Source: an uncultured bacterium (lineage in GTDB: Bacteria; Zixibacteria; MSB-5A5; GN15; FEB-12). Taken from it: 64,000 bases of DNA. The stretch lies in contig CBDVDR010000001.1 of NCBI GenBank assembly GCA_965372795.1, positions 160,001-224,000 on the forward strand, given 5' to 3'. Shown in pieces: positions 18,840 through 29,204 of the stretch. The notes below the pieces were generated by a model. It was not told the DNA's origin, did not search any database, and worked only from the letters and a program-made list of their open reading frames with translations. The number at the start of each line of letters is the position of its first letter. The first letter of the stretch is position 1. The translations under genes were made by a program, and so were the position numbers.

Positions 18840-21082
18840 CCACAAAATTGACAGGAGAAACAACCAGAATCATAAATCATACTTCCGGCACAATCAGGGC
18901 ACATTTCTAAGGCATTAGAAGCGTGTTTTTTGTCCGAATCTTTACTTTCACCAAAATGTCTGTTCAAAATTTGAGCAATTGCATCGGGGATTGAAGTTAT
19001 TTTTGTACCATTGGCATAAATTTGCGAAGACCCTCCAATACCTCTTAATTGATGTATAACTTCTTTAACCCCAACTCCTGACCTAAGAAGCATCGAAATC
19101 AACCGGCAGATAGCCTCGGTATCAGCCATAGTTGAAAAACCGGATTTCCCAATCTGGGCAAAAATTTCAAACGGTTTTCCATTTGCAAGATTCACTGTAA
19201 CATATAAATTCCCATAGCCGGTCTTGATTTTTTCGGTGAATCCTGTTAATATTGAAGGGCGTTTCAAAACCTTGAAATGAGATGAATCGACTGCTTTATC
19301 TATTGAAGTAGACAATACCTGATCAGGTCGGGACATATTACGATATACCGTCACGCCCTTGCATCCCAATTCAAAAGCCTTTAAAAAAGCTGTTCGAACA
19401 TCATCTCTTGAAGCCTTCTCATGGAAATTGATAGTTTTTGAAACTGAGGAGTCGCAATTTTCCTGAAATATTGACTGCATTTTTATATGTTCTTCGGGGC
19501 TGATATCTGAGGCTGTCAAAAACAGAGCCTTCACCGAATCCGGGATTTCTTTAATTTCTTTTAATGTAAGATTAGATTTTACTTTTTGAATAATATCTTC
19601 CGTATAAAAATTTTCTTTTTGGGCAATCTTTTTAAATAAGGGATTTACTTCAATCAGCTTAGTACCATCCATCACATTTCGTTCAAAAGCGATAGCATAA
19701 TAAGGTTCAATCCCCGATGAACATCCGGCGATAATCGATATAGTTCCGGTTGGGGCAATGGTAGAAACAGTACAGTTTCTCATCGAAATATTTTCCTGCT
19801 CGTAAATCGAATTTTCCCAGTTAGGGAATTTCCCTCTTGATTTAGAAAGTTCTGAAGAATGTTTGCGCGCTTCTAAGTTGACAAATGCCATGACTTCCCT
19901 GCCCAATTCAAACGCCGGTTCAGAATTATATGGCAATTTTAATTGTACCAGCATATCCGCCCAGCCCATTATGCCAAGCCCGATTCTGCGGTTTAGTTTT
20001 GTCTGTTCCTGAATTTGTTCAAGCGGATATTTATTTTGATCAATAACATTATCCAAAAAATGAATTGCCTGACGAATAGTAACGGCTAATTCATTCCAGA
20101 GAATTCCATCGGCAGGATTATTTATCACATAATTTGACGGCAGAGGAGTTTTTATGAATTTCCCAAGATTTATTGAACCTAAATTACAGGAATCATAAGG
20201 CGGCAGCGGTTGCTCTCCACAGGGGTTGGTCGATTCAATCTGTTCATAAGGGTAGGTCGGGTTTTTTTGATTCATTCGGTCAATAAAAATTATTCCTGGC
20301 TCACCGTTATTCCAGGCATGTTCGACAATTTTACCAAAAATTTCTTTCGCATCAAGAGATGCTAAAACATCATCATCACCCTCACGGATCAAATGCTGTT
20401 TGCCTGTAAACGGATTTATAAGAGGATACGACGCCCCTTTTTGCAAAGCTTCCATAAACTGATCTGTTATTGCGACCGAAATGTTGAAATTTTTGAGTTC
20501 ATTATGGTCATCTTTACAAGTAATAAATTCGAGTATATCGGGATGGTCGACTCTTAACACTCCCATATTAGCACCACGACGAGTGCCCCCCTGCTTTACC
20601 GCCTCGGTAGCCGAGTTAAAGACTTTCATAAATGAAACCGGTCCGGAGGCTACCCCGGAAGTTGAGGCAACGATAGAATCTCGGGGACGCAGACGCGAGA
20701 ATGAAAACCCGGTTCCCCCGCCGGTTTTGTGAATCAGAGCGGCATGCTTATTGGTTTCGAAAATATCTTCCATGGAATCTTCAACCGGAAGAACAAAGCA
20801 AGCGGACAATTGTCCTAATTCACGACCGGCATTCATCAGAGTAGGAGAATTTGGCAAAAACTTTAATTGTGCCATCATCTCATAAAAATCAAAAGCACTC
20901 TTTTCAATTTTATCTGCATCGGCGCCATAATTACTGTCTGCCAGCGCAATAAATTTTGCTACCCTAACAAACAGTTCACGGGGAGTTTCGATAACTCGGC
21001 CTTGTTTATCTTTTATGAAATACCGTCTTTCTAAAACGGTAAGTGCATTTTCAGATAAATTTGGTTTAATGTATTTTTCCAT
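18824..21082 (-). CDS. nrdJ: Class II (adenosylcobalamin-dependent) ribonucleotide reductase with C-terminal TSCPD/Zn-ribbon region
   Basis: FLPNSPTLMNAG, QLSACFVL, GGTRRGANM, TNPCGEQPL..CNLGSINL, TIAPTGTIS, SKTIN, C-terminal CPDC..CFSCQFCGYSNC. Confidence 0.92.
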   Translation of the reverse strand: MEKYIKPNLSENALTVLERRYFIKDKQGRVIETPRELFVRVAKFIALADSNYGADADKIEKSAFDFYEMMAQLKFLPNSPTLMNAGRELGQLSACFVLPVEDSMEDIFETNKHAALIHKTGGGTGFSFSRLRPRDSIVASTSGVASGPVSFMKVFNSATEAVKQGGTRRGANMGVLRVDHPDILEFITCKDDHNELKNFNISVAITDQFMEALQKGASYPLINPFTGKQHLIREGDDDVLASLDAKEIFGKIVEHAWNNGEPGIIFIDRMNQKNPTYPYEQIESTNPCGEQPLPPYDSCNLGSINLGKFIKTPLPSNYVINNPADGILWNELAVTIRQAIHFLDNVIDQNKYPLEQIQEQTKLNRRIGLGIMGWADMLVQLKLPYNSEPAFELGREVMAFVNLEARKHSSELSKSRGKFPNWENSIYEQENISMRNCTVSTIAPTGTISIIAGCSSGIEPYYAIAFERNVMDGTKLIEVNPLFKKIAQKENFYTEDIIQKVKSNLTLKEIKEIPDSVKALFLTASDISPEEHIKMQSIFQENCDSSVSKTINFHEKASRDDVRTAFLKAFELGCKGVTVYRNMSRPDQVLSTSIDKAVDSSHFKVLKRPSILTGFTEKIKTGYGNLYVTVNLANGKPFEIFAQIGKSGFSTMADTEAICRLISMLLRSGVGVKEVIHQLRGIGGSSQIYANGTKITSIPDAIAQILNRHFGESKDSDKKHASNALEMCPDCAGSMIYDSGCFSCQFCGYSNC

Positions 21083-21103
21083 GATATTTCCCTTATCTTA
21101 TAT

Positions 21104-21130
21104 ATATCGGCACCGGAGGTTCTTTGATTA
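21104..21130 (-). promoter_or_regulatory. sigma28-like promoter upstream of nrdJ
   Basis: Minus strand TAAT-N15-GCCGATAT, 21 nt before the nrdJ ATG. Confidence 0.55.
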
Positions 21131-21237
21131 ATCATCCATATATATAACGTATCGTTTGGAAATATAGTGTCACATTATCTTGAACGGTGAAAAATTGTGT
21201 CTATGGCTGTTAAAATTACAACAGGATAAGTATAAAT

Positions 21238-22140
21238 CTATTTATCGGTTTTACTTTGTTTGATCATATCAAGAAAACCTATTCCAATTGATCCAAAGTA
21301 AGATTCGGGAATTTTGTATAGTTTATCTTTTAAAGCATGATCAACTGTAATAAATTTATAACCGAGATTTTCAATCTGAGTCAATAGTTCATCGAGGAAA
21401 ATTGCATTTAAATGATTTGCCCTGAGTTGTAAAATTTGCCGGCAATCTCTGTGTAAGATATCTTTAGACAGCCCTTCAGCGTGCTCAATCTGATCAAGGA
21501 CATGGTTGATATATTCATTTAACATTTCATCATAAGCTGCGGAATCAAGTTTTCCGTTACTTTTTTCAATTGCCAGATTATAAACATAATCCTCTACAAC
21601 CACCGTGGCATGAACGACTTTGATTTTATAATCACTTAAGAAATTTTTAATTCTTTCTTTTTTAAATTCATTTTCACCATAGTGTAAAAAAGGAAATCTA
21701 AAAAAACGAGGTTTCTGGCCAAACCCGCTAAGCATTGGTTCCAAAGCTTCACTTCCGGAAATAACATCCTTGATGAAATTATTAATCTCAAGGTCCTTAA
21801 GGTCCTGATATGAATAGGTAAGATTTCCCAAGCGATGTCCGGCGTTGAGCCATTTGCCTAAGAGATCGTAATTGTTTTCCATTTTTGACCCGACAACAAA
21901 TCCACATGATTTTACATTATGTTTTTTTAAGGCCGATAAAATCATATCAGTCAGACTGTCTTTTTCAGGATCGGCAAAATAGGTGGCAATTGGAAGTTCA
22001 TCAAAGGTTATGCAAATCTGTTTTTTGGGAATGTTTTTCTTCTTTTTAGAATCAATATTTTGGGCTGATGTCGTATTAATGGTAATTATTGATACCAGCA
22101 TAATTATTATAATTTTAAACAATTGATAATTATTAAACAT
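21238..22140 (-). CDS. Secreted polysaccharide deacetylase (CE4/NodB)-fold protein with degenerate active site
   Basis: ITFDELP, GNLTYSY, RFFRFPF, LQLRAN; signal peptide. Confidence 0.75.
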   Translation of the reverse strand: MFNNYQLFKIIIIMLVSIITINTTSAQNIDSKKKKNIPKKQICITFDELPIATYFADPEKDSLTDMILSALKKHNVKSCGFVVGSKMENNYDLLGKWLNAGHRLGNLTYSYQDLKDLEINNFIKDVISGSEALEPMLSGFGQKPRFFRFPFLHYGENEFKKERIKNFLSDYKIKVVHATVVVEDYVYNLAIEKSNGKLDSAAYDEMLNEYINHVLDQIEHAEGLSKDILHRDCRQILQLRANHLNAIFLDELLTQIENLGYKFITVDHALKDKLYKIPESYFGSIGIGFLDMIKQSKTDK

Positions 22141-22141
22141 C

Positions 22142-23557
22142 CTATTTCCCTATCTCATATATCATGGTGAAATTTGTGGGTACGGTTGATCCGAAAGGAG
22201 CTCCACCGGTAATAATGACCGAATCGCCAAATTTTGCAAGTTTGTGTGATTTGCAGATTTTTTTCACTATTGAAATCATATCATTAAATGATCCCGGCTG
22301 TTTGATATGTACCGAGGTAACCGACCGGGAAAGGGTAAGCAGTCTCATAACTTTTTTATCGGGGGTCAAAGCAATAATCGGCTGATCGGGGAACAGGTTT
22401 GAAATCAATTCGGCGGTAAATCCCGAAGTTGTAAAAGCAAAAATAACCTTGGCATCACAATAATTGTCGATTGAACAAACAGCTTCAGCAATTGCTAAAG
22501 GGATTTGTGATTTTAAAAGATGCGACTCAAGTTTAACTTCCGGACGGGGACAATTTGATTCGGTCGCCAGTATGACATTACTCATCGTTTTAACAACTTC
22601 AACCGGGAACTTGCCGGTTGCAGTTTCAGCAGAAAGCATAACCGCATCGACATGATCAAATACTGCCGAAGCCACATCATTTATTTCCGCGCGAGTAGCA
22701 CGAGGCGAAAAACGCATCGACTCAAGCATTTGAGTTGCGACTATAACCGGTTTATGATGGGTATTCGCTAATTTAATAATTTTCTTCTGTAAGATTGGCA
22801 GTTTCTCGGGTGCCATTTCAACACCAAGATCGCCACGGGCAACCATGACTCCGTCTGATAAAAGCATGATCTCTTCCAGATTATTGATAGCTTCTATTTT
22901 TTCTAGTTTTGCAATGATTCTTTGGTGACCGCCTAATCGTTTCACAATTTTCTTTGCTTCAATTATGTCATTTCCCGACCTGACAAAGGACAATGCGATA
23001 TAGTCAACGTCTAAATTTATCGCCGTTTGAATATCTTTTCGGTCTTTTGAAGTAATCGTAGGAATCTTGAGATCAGTATCAGGCAGATTGATACCTTTAC
23101 CGGGAAGCATGTGACCAGAATTCATCGCTTTAATAGTTATGATATCTTTATTTTTATCAATGACTTTAAAATACAAATTCCCGTCATCAATATAAATTTT
23201 CTCCCCTTTTGTAATCGATTTTATGATAGCAGGATGATTGACACCAAAAATATGTGCATTTAAATCAGTTTCACCTGATGTCAGAAACAGACACTGGTTG
23301 ATTTCAACAGGTATTGAACCCTCAAATTGCGAAATTCTTAGTTTAGGTCCAGAAATGTCGAATAATATGCCTACCGGATCGCCCTCCCGTATTTTGATCC
23401 CTTGCCTAATGATCGACACGGATTTTTTGAAATCAGCCTCTTGACCGTGAGAACAGTTAATTCTGAAGAGATTAACCCCGTTTTTGATCAAATTCGATAT
23501 TTTTGTTTTGTCGGCAATCGCCGGACCATAAGTCGCAATTATCTTTGTCTTTTTCAT
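22142..23557 (-). CDS. pyk: Pyruvate kinase
   Basis: KTKIIATYGP, RINCSHG, IIAKLEK, VMVARGDLGVE, ATQMLESM, MLSAETA. Confidence 0.95.
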   Translation of the reverse strand: MKKTKIIATYGPAIADKTKISNLIKNGVNLFRINCSHGQEADFKKSVSIIRQGIKIREGDPVGILFDISGPKLRISQFEGSIPVEINQCLFLTSGETDLNAHIFGVNHPAIIKSITKGEKIYIDDGNLYFKVIDKNKDIITIKAMNSGHMLPGKGINLPDTDLKIPTITSKDRKDIQTAINLDVDYIALSFVRSGNDIIEAKKIVKRLGGHQRIIAKLEKIEAINNLEEIMLLSDGVMVARGDLGVEMAPEKLPILQKKIIKLANTHHKPVIVATQMLESMRFSPRATRAEINDVASAVFDHVDAVMLSAETATGKFPVEVVKTMSNVILATESNCPRPEVKLESHLLKSQIPLAIAEAVCSIDNYCDAKVIFAFTTSGFTAELISNLFPDQPIIALTPDKKVMRLLTLSRSVTSVHIKQPGSFNDMISIVKKICKSHKLAKFGDSVIITGGAPFGSTVPTNFTMIYEIGK

Positions 23558-23798
23558 AGGTAAATCTAATAGCCATAGAGATTTACTAAATCAACAAAAA
23601 ACGGGCTTTGGGGTGATGGCATTGTCAAACAATGAATTTCAACTGCTAATAATTGTCAATTTTTTAAATAATAAACTATTTTCAGGTTTTTTCGTCCAGA
23701 GTCTTTGAATTTTGCCAAAAATTGACTATATTAAATGTTCTTAGAATTAGTTAGAATGAAAAAAGGATTTTGAAAATAATTAGGTGGGGGAAGTGCCT

Positions 23799-24167
23799 AT
23801 GAATAAAAAAGTTATTATTGCTGCCAACAACATGATCTTCACATCGAAGATGATGAGTATACTTGATAACATGGAAGCAGAAGGTATTAAAGCAATACGT
23901 TCTGATGAAATCTTCACAAAAGCACAGGAGTTAAAGCCTGACTTAATTGTTATCGACTTGAACCTTAATGGGATAGAAGCTCCATCATTGATTAACAAAC
24001 TTAGATCTTATGGTGCCACAAAAGGTATTCCGATTGTTTGCTATTCCCCGCATGTGCTCAAGGACCAGATGAAAGCTGCTAAAATAGCTGGAGCTACCGA
24101 GGTGCTCCCTAATTCAAAGATGAGCAGCAAAATGAATCAAATAATTAGCAAATATGTAAATATTTGA
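23799..24167 (+). CDS. Atypical single-domain response regulator
   Basis: Receiver fold with PDLIVIDL; the N-terminal acidic pair is replaced (IIAANN). Confidence 0.7.
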   Translation: MNKKVIIAANNMIFTSKMMSILDNMEAEGIKAIRSDEIFTKAQELKPDLIVIDLNLNGIEAPSLINKLRSYGATKGIPIVCYSPHVLKDQMKAAKIAGATEVLPNSKMSSKMNQIISKYVNI

Positions 24168-24189
24168 TAAACTATTGATAAGCTATTAT

Positions 24190-24215
24190 AAACCGGGCAA
24201 CTGTCCGGTTTTTTT
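24190..24215. terminator. Intrinsic terminator between convergent genes
   Basis: aaaccgggca-ac-tgtccggttttttt. Confidence 0.75.
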
Positions 24216-24226
24216 CTTTCTATAAT

Positions 24227-25741
24227 TTATTTTACAGATTTAAAAACCCAGGCTTCATTTGTCGAATTATGTCTCGGATTCAATTTATGTAAGATGTAGT
24301 CAATTGCTGAGGGTGCTGAGTGATGGGTTAGTTCTATATTCCCAAACCTTTTGATTATTGAATCTTTATGGCTTTCAAGCAGTTCTTCCCGAGGCGGGAA
24401 CAGGACAAAATAATCGAAATCTTTAGCTCTGAATAGATCACTATCCAAATCAGCCCAATTATAAGCGACGCAACTGTCAATCAATTCTAGACCACCATAA
24501 TCTATTGGGATCAAACGATTCTTATCGGGAGACAGGAAAAAGACTGTTGGAGTTTCATCTTGATTATTTTCCAGCCACACAATCGGATCAATTAGACCTT
24601 TGTGTGAATAATTTAAAGTGAAGGGGAAAAATAATATAAAATTTATTAAAAACGCAAAACCAAAAAATGAGTATTTAAATTTTTTGTTATTGAACAGGAT
24701 ACCATTTTCTTTTTTATGATGCCACAAAACAAGTATCGCTATGACAGCTAATACCGGTAAGATTGGAATCATAAATCGTTCCTGCCGGTTCGCAACAAAG
24801 GAATGAAAAAAGATAAAAGAAAATGAAGTTATGGTTATCATCAGATGATTTCCCCAAAACCTTTTTCTAAAAGCTAAATAGAAAACCAGTAGTGAAATTG
24901 GCGGGATAAAGAATGATAAAATTACTGCCGGATAAATCAGGTGAATGGTGTTATAAAGTTTTCCTTCACCCATCCCCTGCCCTAAGTGATTAAGGGTGCT
25001 GGCTAAGAATTTGTTTAGAAAAAGTAAATCGATAAAGCCTGATAATAGGATCATGCCCAGGACCGACCCTGAAAAGATCATCGCCGGTTTTAGGCTTTTA
25101 TTTTCGTACCAGAGAATAAAGGGAACCGGAATAACCGCAAACGCAATTTGAAATCTTAACATCCAGGCTAATCCGGTCAGTAGACCGGCAATAATTAGCC
25201 ATTTTTGATTCTTATCCCTGACAAACAGATAGTAAGCAAGTATTGCCAGAATCCAGAAATGCCCACCGGCAACTTCGATCAAATTTCTCACCGAAAGATA
25301 AGACATCCCAAAATGAGCAGCCATAACCATCCCGGCAACAAATGACCATTTTTGTGAAGCGGTTACAATATGTGTGATTTTAAATACTGCCCAGACAGAA
25401 ATCAGTGAAAGAGCCGCATTAACCGCCCGCATCGGATACATAATTGTATCAAGTGATTCCATCCCGACCATATTGCAGACCTTGACAACTCCATAGACAA
25501 ACAGATTGTATAAAGGGAATCTCCCGATTTCTTCAGGAGCATGACTGGCCCAGGTTAAGAATCCATCACTGTTTAAAGGTCCGCCATTTCGAAGCCAGTT
25601 ATAAGCAATAGAAACCGTCTCAAAATGATCATCGGATGCCATATAACCTTTTGAAAAGATAACTGCCAAGGCACGGAGTACAATCGCAACCGTTAAAACA
25701 GTAGCCAAAGGATAAGTTGATACAATTTTTCGAATATCCAA
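24227..25741 (-). CDS. GT-C fold membrane glycosyltransferase (GT22 Alg9/PIG-B-like or GT39)
   Basis: Multiple TM helices, SDDHFETV loop motif, RFQ, NRQERFMIP. TTG start at 25741 after GAGAGGA. Confidence 0.7.
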   Translation of the reverse strand: MDIRKIVSTYPLATVLTVAIVLRALAVIFSKGYMASDDHFETVSIAYNWLRNGGPLNSDGFLTWASHAPEEIGRFPLYNLFVYGVVKVCNMVGMESLDTIMYPMRAVNAALSLISVWAVFKITHIVTASQKWSFVAGMVMAAHFGMSYLSVRNLIEVAGGHFWILAILAYYLFVRDKNQKWLIIAGLLTGLAWMLRFQIAFAVIPVPFILWYENKSLKPAMIFSGSVLGMILLSGFIDLLFLNKFLASTLNHLGQGMGEGKLYNTIHLIYPAVILSFFIPPISLLVFYLAFRKRFWGNHLMITITSFSFIFFHSFVANRQERFMIPILPVLAVIAILVLWHHKKENGILFNNKKFKYSFFGFAFLINFILFFPFTLNYSHKGLIDPIVWLENNQDETPTVFFLSPDKNRLIPIDYGGLELIDSCVAYNWADLDSDLFRAKDFDYFVLFPPREELLESHKDSIIKRFGNIELTHHSAPSAIDYILHKLNPRHNSTNEAWVFKSVK

Positions 25742-25845
25742 ATAATTCCTCTCTTGGTGAAACATAAATATCATATTATCAGATTTCAACATCAAGGGAA
25801 TAATAACTTTTATTGATTTATAACGGTGTATGAGTACTTTATAGT

Positions 25846-27417
25846 ATGAAAAAATATTGTACTCTTCTAATGGTAAGCCTGGTTCTTACTTTTTTTATAC
25901 CGTTATCAAACTATTCAATTGATTTAGATTCTTTACTTGTAAAATCTATTGGCGGTAAAAAAGCGCTTGAAACTATAAAGGGTATCGAAACTATTTACAG
26001 TTCCGGCAAGGTGATAATCAATGGGATAGAAGGAAGTTTTGAACAATTTTTTCAAACACCTGATAAATTTCTGTTATATGTTGATTTGAAAAGTTTCAAA
26101 CTCATTCAGGGCTTTGATGGCAATATCGCCTGGCAAACAGATATCAACGGCACAGCTTCCGAAATGACCGGATTTGAAAAAAGAGAATTACTCAAAACAA
26201 TTTATTTTGAATCTTATGCTTATCTGCATGAAGCTAATAAAAATAAAGTTGAATATTTACGGGAAGAAAAGTCCGAAACTGGTAATTTTCATGTCGTCGC
26301 TTTTTATCCGCTGCCTACTGACACAATTATTACATACTTTGAGACCAATTCAGGTATCAGGACATTAATTGAAGGGCGAATGGATAATTTGGCAACTGTT
26401 GTCTTTGTAGATGATTACCGGGAGACAGACAATATACTATACCCCTTTTATTCCAGAGCTGAAGCTAAGACCGCCAAGATCACAACCGAATTTATTCTTG
26501 ATAAATTAATTTTCAATGAACCGATTGATGCTCAAAGATTCAAAATGCCGACTCCCCAAACTGACTCTTATCGATTTTCATCTGAAACAAATAGTTTCAC
26601 TATCCCCTTTGAATATAAATTCGGTCACATTAGGCTCCCGGTCAAAATCAACGGGAAAAAGAAAGTCTGGATGATTTTGGATTCCGGGGCATCAAGTTCA
26701 ATATTCCATCAACCTTCAATCAAAGATTTAAATTTGTCTGTGGTCGGCACTATACCCGCAAAAGGGATTGGTGGTTATGCTAAGGCTGAGTTAATTAAAG
26801 TAGATTCATTAGAAGTCGGTGATTTGACTCTTTTTAATAATATTAACGGATCTATGAATCTTTCCGGCTTGGCTCGCCGGGGTCCTGATCAAAATGAGTT
26901 CGGAGGAATTTTGGGTTATGATTTTTTATCAAAATTCCCAGTACTAATTGATTACAAAAATCGAATAATGACCGTTTTTAATCCTGATAGTTTTTCTCCT
27001 CCTGAGGGTGGAGATGAAATCAGGTTTGAATTGACAATGCAGGTCCCGACGGTGACGGCTTCTATTGAAGGAATTACCGGCAAATTTATTGTCGACCTTG
27101 GTAATGCCTTTGGACTGATTATCCATAAACCGTTTGCCAAGACCCATGATTTAGAAGCCAAATTACAAAATTTAATTAAAAACCGCAGTCAAATTGGTGG
27201 GATTGGCGGGTTTGCATCCGGTAAAACCGGAGATGCGGCTTATTTTCGAATCGGAGATATTCAGATAGACTCTTTACGTGTCTTATTGCCTGAATATTCT
27301 GATGGAATCACAGGTTCAAACGAACTTGCCGGGAATATCGGAAATCTGGTACTGGAAAATTTCCGTCTTTTATTAGACTATTCCCAGAGCCGACTTTTTC
27401 TGTATCCCACGCAATAA
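25846..27417 (+). CDS. Secreted LolA-like N-domain fused to two retropepsin-like aspartyl protease domains
   Basis: QGFDGNIAW N-domain; ILDSGAS..GILGYDFL; IVDLGNA..GNIGNLVL. Confidence 0.75.
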   Translation: MKKYCTLLMVSLVLTFFIPLSNYSIDLDSLLVKSIGGKKALETIKGIETIYSSGKVIINGIEGSFEQFFQTPDKFLLYVDLKSFKLIQGFDGNIAWQTDINGTASEMTGFEKRELLKTIYFESYAYLHEANKNKVEYLREEKSETGNFHVVAFYPLPTDTIITYFETNSGIRTLIEGRMDNLATVVFVDDYRETDNILYPFYSRAEAKTAKITTEFILDKLIFNEPIDAQRFKMPTPQTDSYRFSSETNSFTIPFEYKFGHIRLPVKINGKKKVWMILDSGASSSIFHQPSIKDLNLSVVGTIPAKGIGGYAKAELIKVDSLEVGDLTLFNNINGSMNLSGLARRGPDQNEFGGILGYDFLSKFPVLIDYKNRIMTVFNPDSFSPPEGGDEIRFELTMQVPTVTASIEGITGKFIVDLGNAFGLIIHKPFAKTHDLEAKLQNLIKNRSQIGGIGGFASGKTGDAAYFRIGDIQIDSLRVLLPEYSDGITGSNELAGNIGNLVLENFRLLLDYSQSRLFLYPTQ

Positions 27418-27497
27418 TTCTTTGTATAACTTATCACCCAATTATGTTGACTTATATATTTCAGTTCTTTATTGTTCACCTTAATAAGGAGGTTTTC

Positions 27498-28187
27498 TTG
27501 ACTAAAATAACTTCAATTCTCATTGTTTTCTTACTCTTCTTTTCTTTGCAAGCCAAGGCTATCGAGAAGAAAGACGTTATAGATTTTAATCAACAAAACC
27601 ATCTGGGAATCCGCCTTGGTGCCTGGAGCAATTCGGGTGGTCTCCCCCCGGCTGCTTATTTAAATTCAGACACAACGGCTTTGATCCAAACCAAAATAAA
27701 AGATGCCAGTTTCTATTTCGAGGGATACTATGGTCATCGCTTCGCCAATTATCTGGTCGGTGAGCTTTCTCTGGGAATTGTTAATCGTGGCACCGTAACT
27801 ATCGAAGAGCAAAACCAAACGGATATTGGTAATTTTATGATCTATCCAATCTTATTCCAAGCTAAGATATATCCGTTTGCCAATATGAAATCTTCTTTTA
27901 ATCCATATTTCTTAGCGGGCGGTGGTTTTTATTACAGCCGAATCTCGGTTCAGTTTACAACCTCATACTATCAATCATACCGTAATGAAAAATCAGAAGT
28001 TGATATAAATTATGTTATCGGGGGCGGGCTTGATTATAAACTTAGTAAGAATATCGGCATTGAACTAAATGCCAAATATTTTCCGATAAATATGTCGGAT
28101 CCTATTCTTACCGTTAAAGATCATAGTGCGGCAATTGTTACTATTGGAATTAAGTATTTATTTAAAAATAAGAAAAAAGATAAATAA
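27498..28187 (+). CDS. Outer-membrane beta-barrel protein (OmpA/OmpW-like)
   Basis: TTG after AAGGAGG, signal peptide, FNPYFLAGGG, GGGLDY, alternating beta strands. Confidence 0.7.
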   Translation: MTKITSILIVFLLFFSLQAKAIEKKDVIDFNQQNHLGIRLGAWSNSGGLPPAAYLNSDTTALIQTKIKDASFYFEGYYGHRFANYLVGELSLGIVNRGTVTIEEQNQTDIGNFMIYPILFQAKIYPFANMKSSFNPYFLAGGGFYYSRISVQFTTSYYQSYRNEKSEVDINYVIGGGLDYKLSKNIGIELNAKYFPINMSDPILTVKDHSAAIVTIGIKYLFKNKKKDK

Positions 28188-28202
28188 GATTTAGGAGGAA
28201 TT

Positions 28203-29189
28203 ATGAAAGTAGGGATTAATGGGTTTGGACGAATCGGACGCCTTGTTTTAAAAGCAGCTCGTGGAACCGATATTGAAATAGTCGGCATTAATGATATTAC
28301 TGACGCCAAAACCTTAGCTCATCTTTTAAAATATGACTCTGTCCATGGACGCTATCCGGGAGATGTTTCCGCTGAAGAAAACGCTATTGTTATTGATGGT
28401 AAACGCATCCCGATTACGGCTGAGTATGATCCGGCAAAATTACCCTGGAAAGAACTTGGAGTTGATGTCGTATTAGAATGTACCGGTAAATTTACTAATA
28501 AGAAAGATGCCATCAAACATATCGAAGCCGGCGCAAAGAAAGTTCTGATTTCGGCTCCTGCCAAAGGTCATGACGGCACCTTTATCCCCGGCATCAACTG
28601 CCAGAAGTATGATAAAGATAAACATGATGTTATCTCAATCGGATCATGTACGACCAACTGCCTTGCCCCGGTTGCAAAAGTTTTAATGGATAACTTTGGG
28701 ATTGTCAAAGGGTTCATGACTACTATCCATGCTTATACCGGCGACCAGAGAATTCTTGATGCTCCTCATAAAGATTTACGTCGTGCCCGTGCTGCCGCGG
28801 TTTCTATGATTCCTACTACGACCGGAGCAGCCAAAGCCATCGCACAGGTTATTCCTGAGCTTGAAGGAAAAATTGATGGTTGTGCTATTCGGGTTCCTAC
28901 ACCTAACGGTTCAATGGTTGATCTGGCTGTTATTCTTGAGAAAGAAGCTACTGTTGAAGAAATTAATACCGCAGTCAAAAAGGCTGCCACTGATTCACCT
29001 TTGTCAGTAACATTAGAATATTGTGAAGATCCGATTGTGTCCTGTGATATTATTGGCAATCCTAACGGTTCAATTTTTGATGCGGGTATGACTGCTTCTC
29101 AGGGAACATTTGTCAAAGTATTCAGTTGGTACGATAACGAATGGGGTTTTTCCAATCGTATGGTCGACATGATGAAAATGATGTTTTAA
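28203..29189 (+). CDS. gap: Glyceraldehyde-3-phosphate dehydrogenase, type I
   Basis: GINGFGRIGR, SCTTNCLAP, WYDNEWG. Confidence 0.97.
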   Translation: MKVGINGFGRIGRLVLKAARGTDIEIVGINDITDAKTLAHLLKYDSVHGRYPGDVSAEENAIVIDGKRIPITAEYDPAKLPWKELGVDVVLECTGKFTNKKDAIKHIEAGAKKVLISAPAKGHDGTFIPGINCQKYDKDKHDVISIGSCTTNCLAPVAKVLMDNFGIVKGFMTTIHAYTGDQRILDAPHKDLRRARAAAVSMIPTTTGAAKAIAQVIPELEGKIDGCAIRVPTPNGSMVDLAVILEKEATVEEINTAVKKAATDSPLSVTLEYCEDPIVSCDIIGNPNGSIFDAGMTASQGTFVKVFSWYDNEWGFSNRMVDMMKMMF

Positions 29190-29204
29190 ATTTACAGGTA
29201 GGAT

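Noticed and set aside
18824..21082. Intein or intron in nrdJ
   Set aside because: The length is ordinary, the catalytic motifs are contiguous, and no splice-junction motifs were seen.
21083..21237. Cobalamin riboswitch or NrdR boxes upstream of nrdJ
   Set aside because: The spacer is only 155 bp with no B12 box. Only a half-match (ACACTATAT, minus strand near 21162-21170) to the NrdR palindrome.
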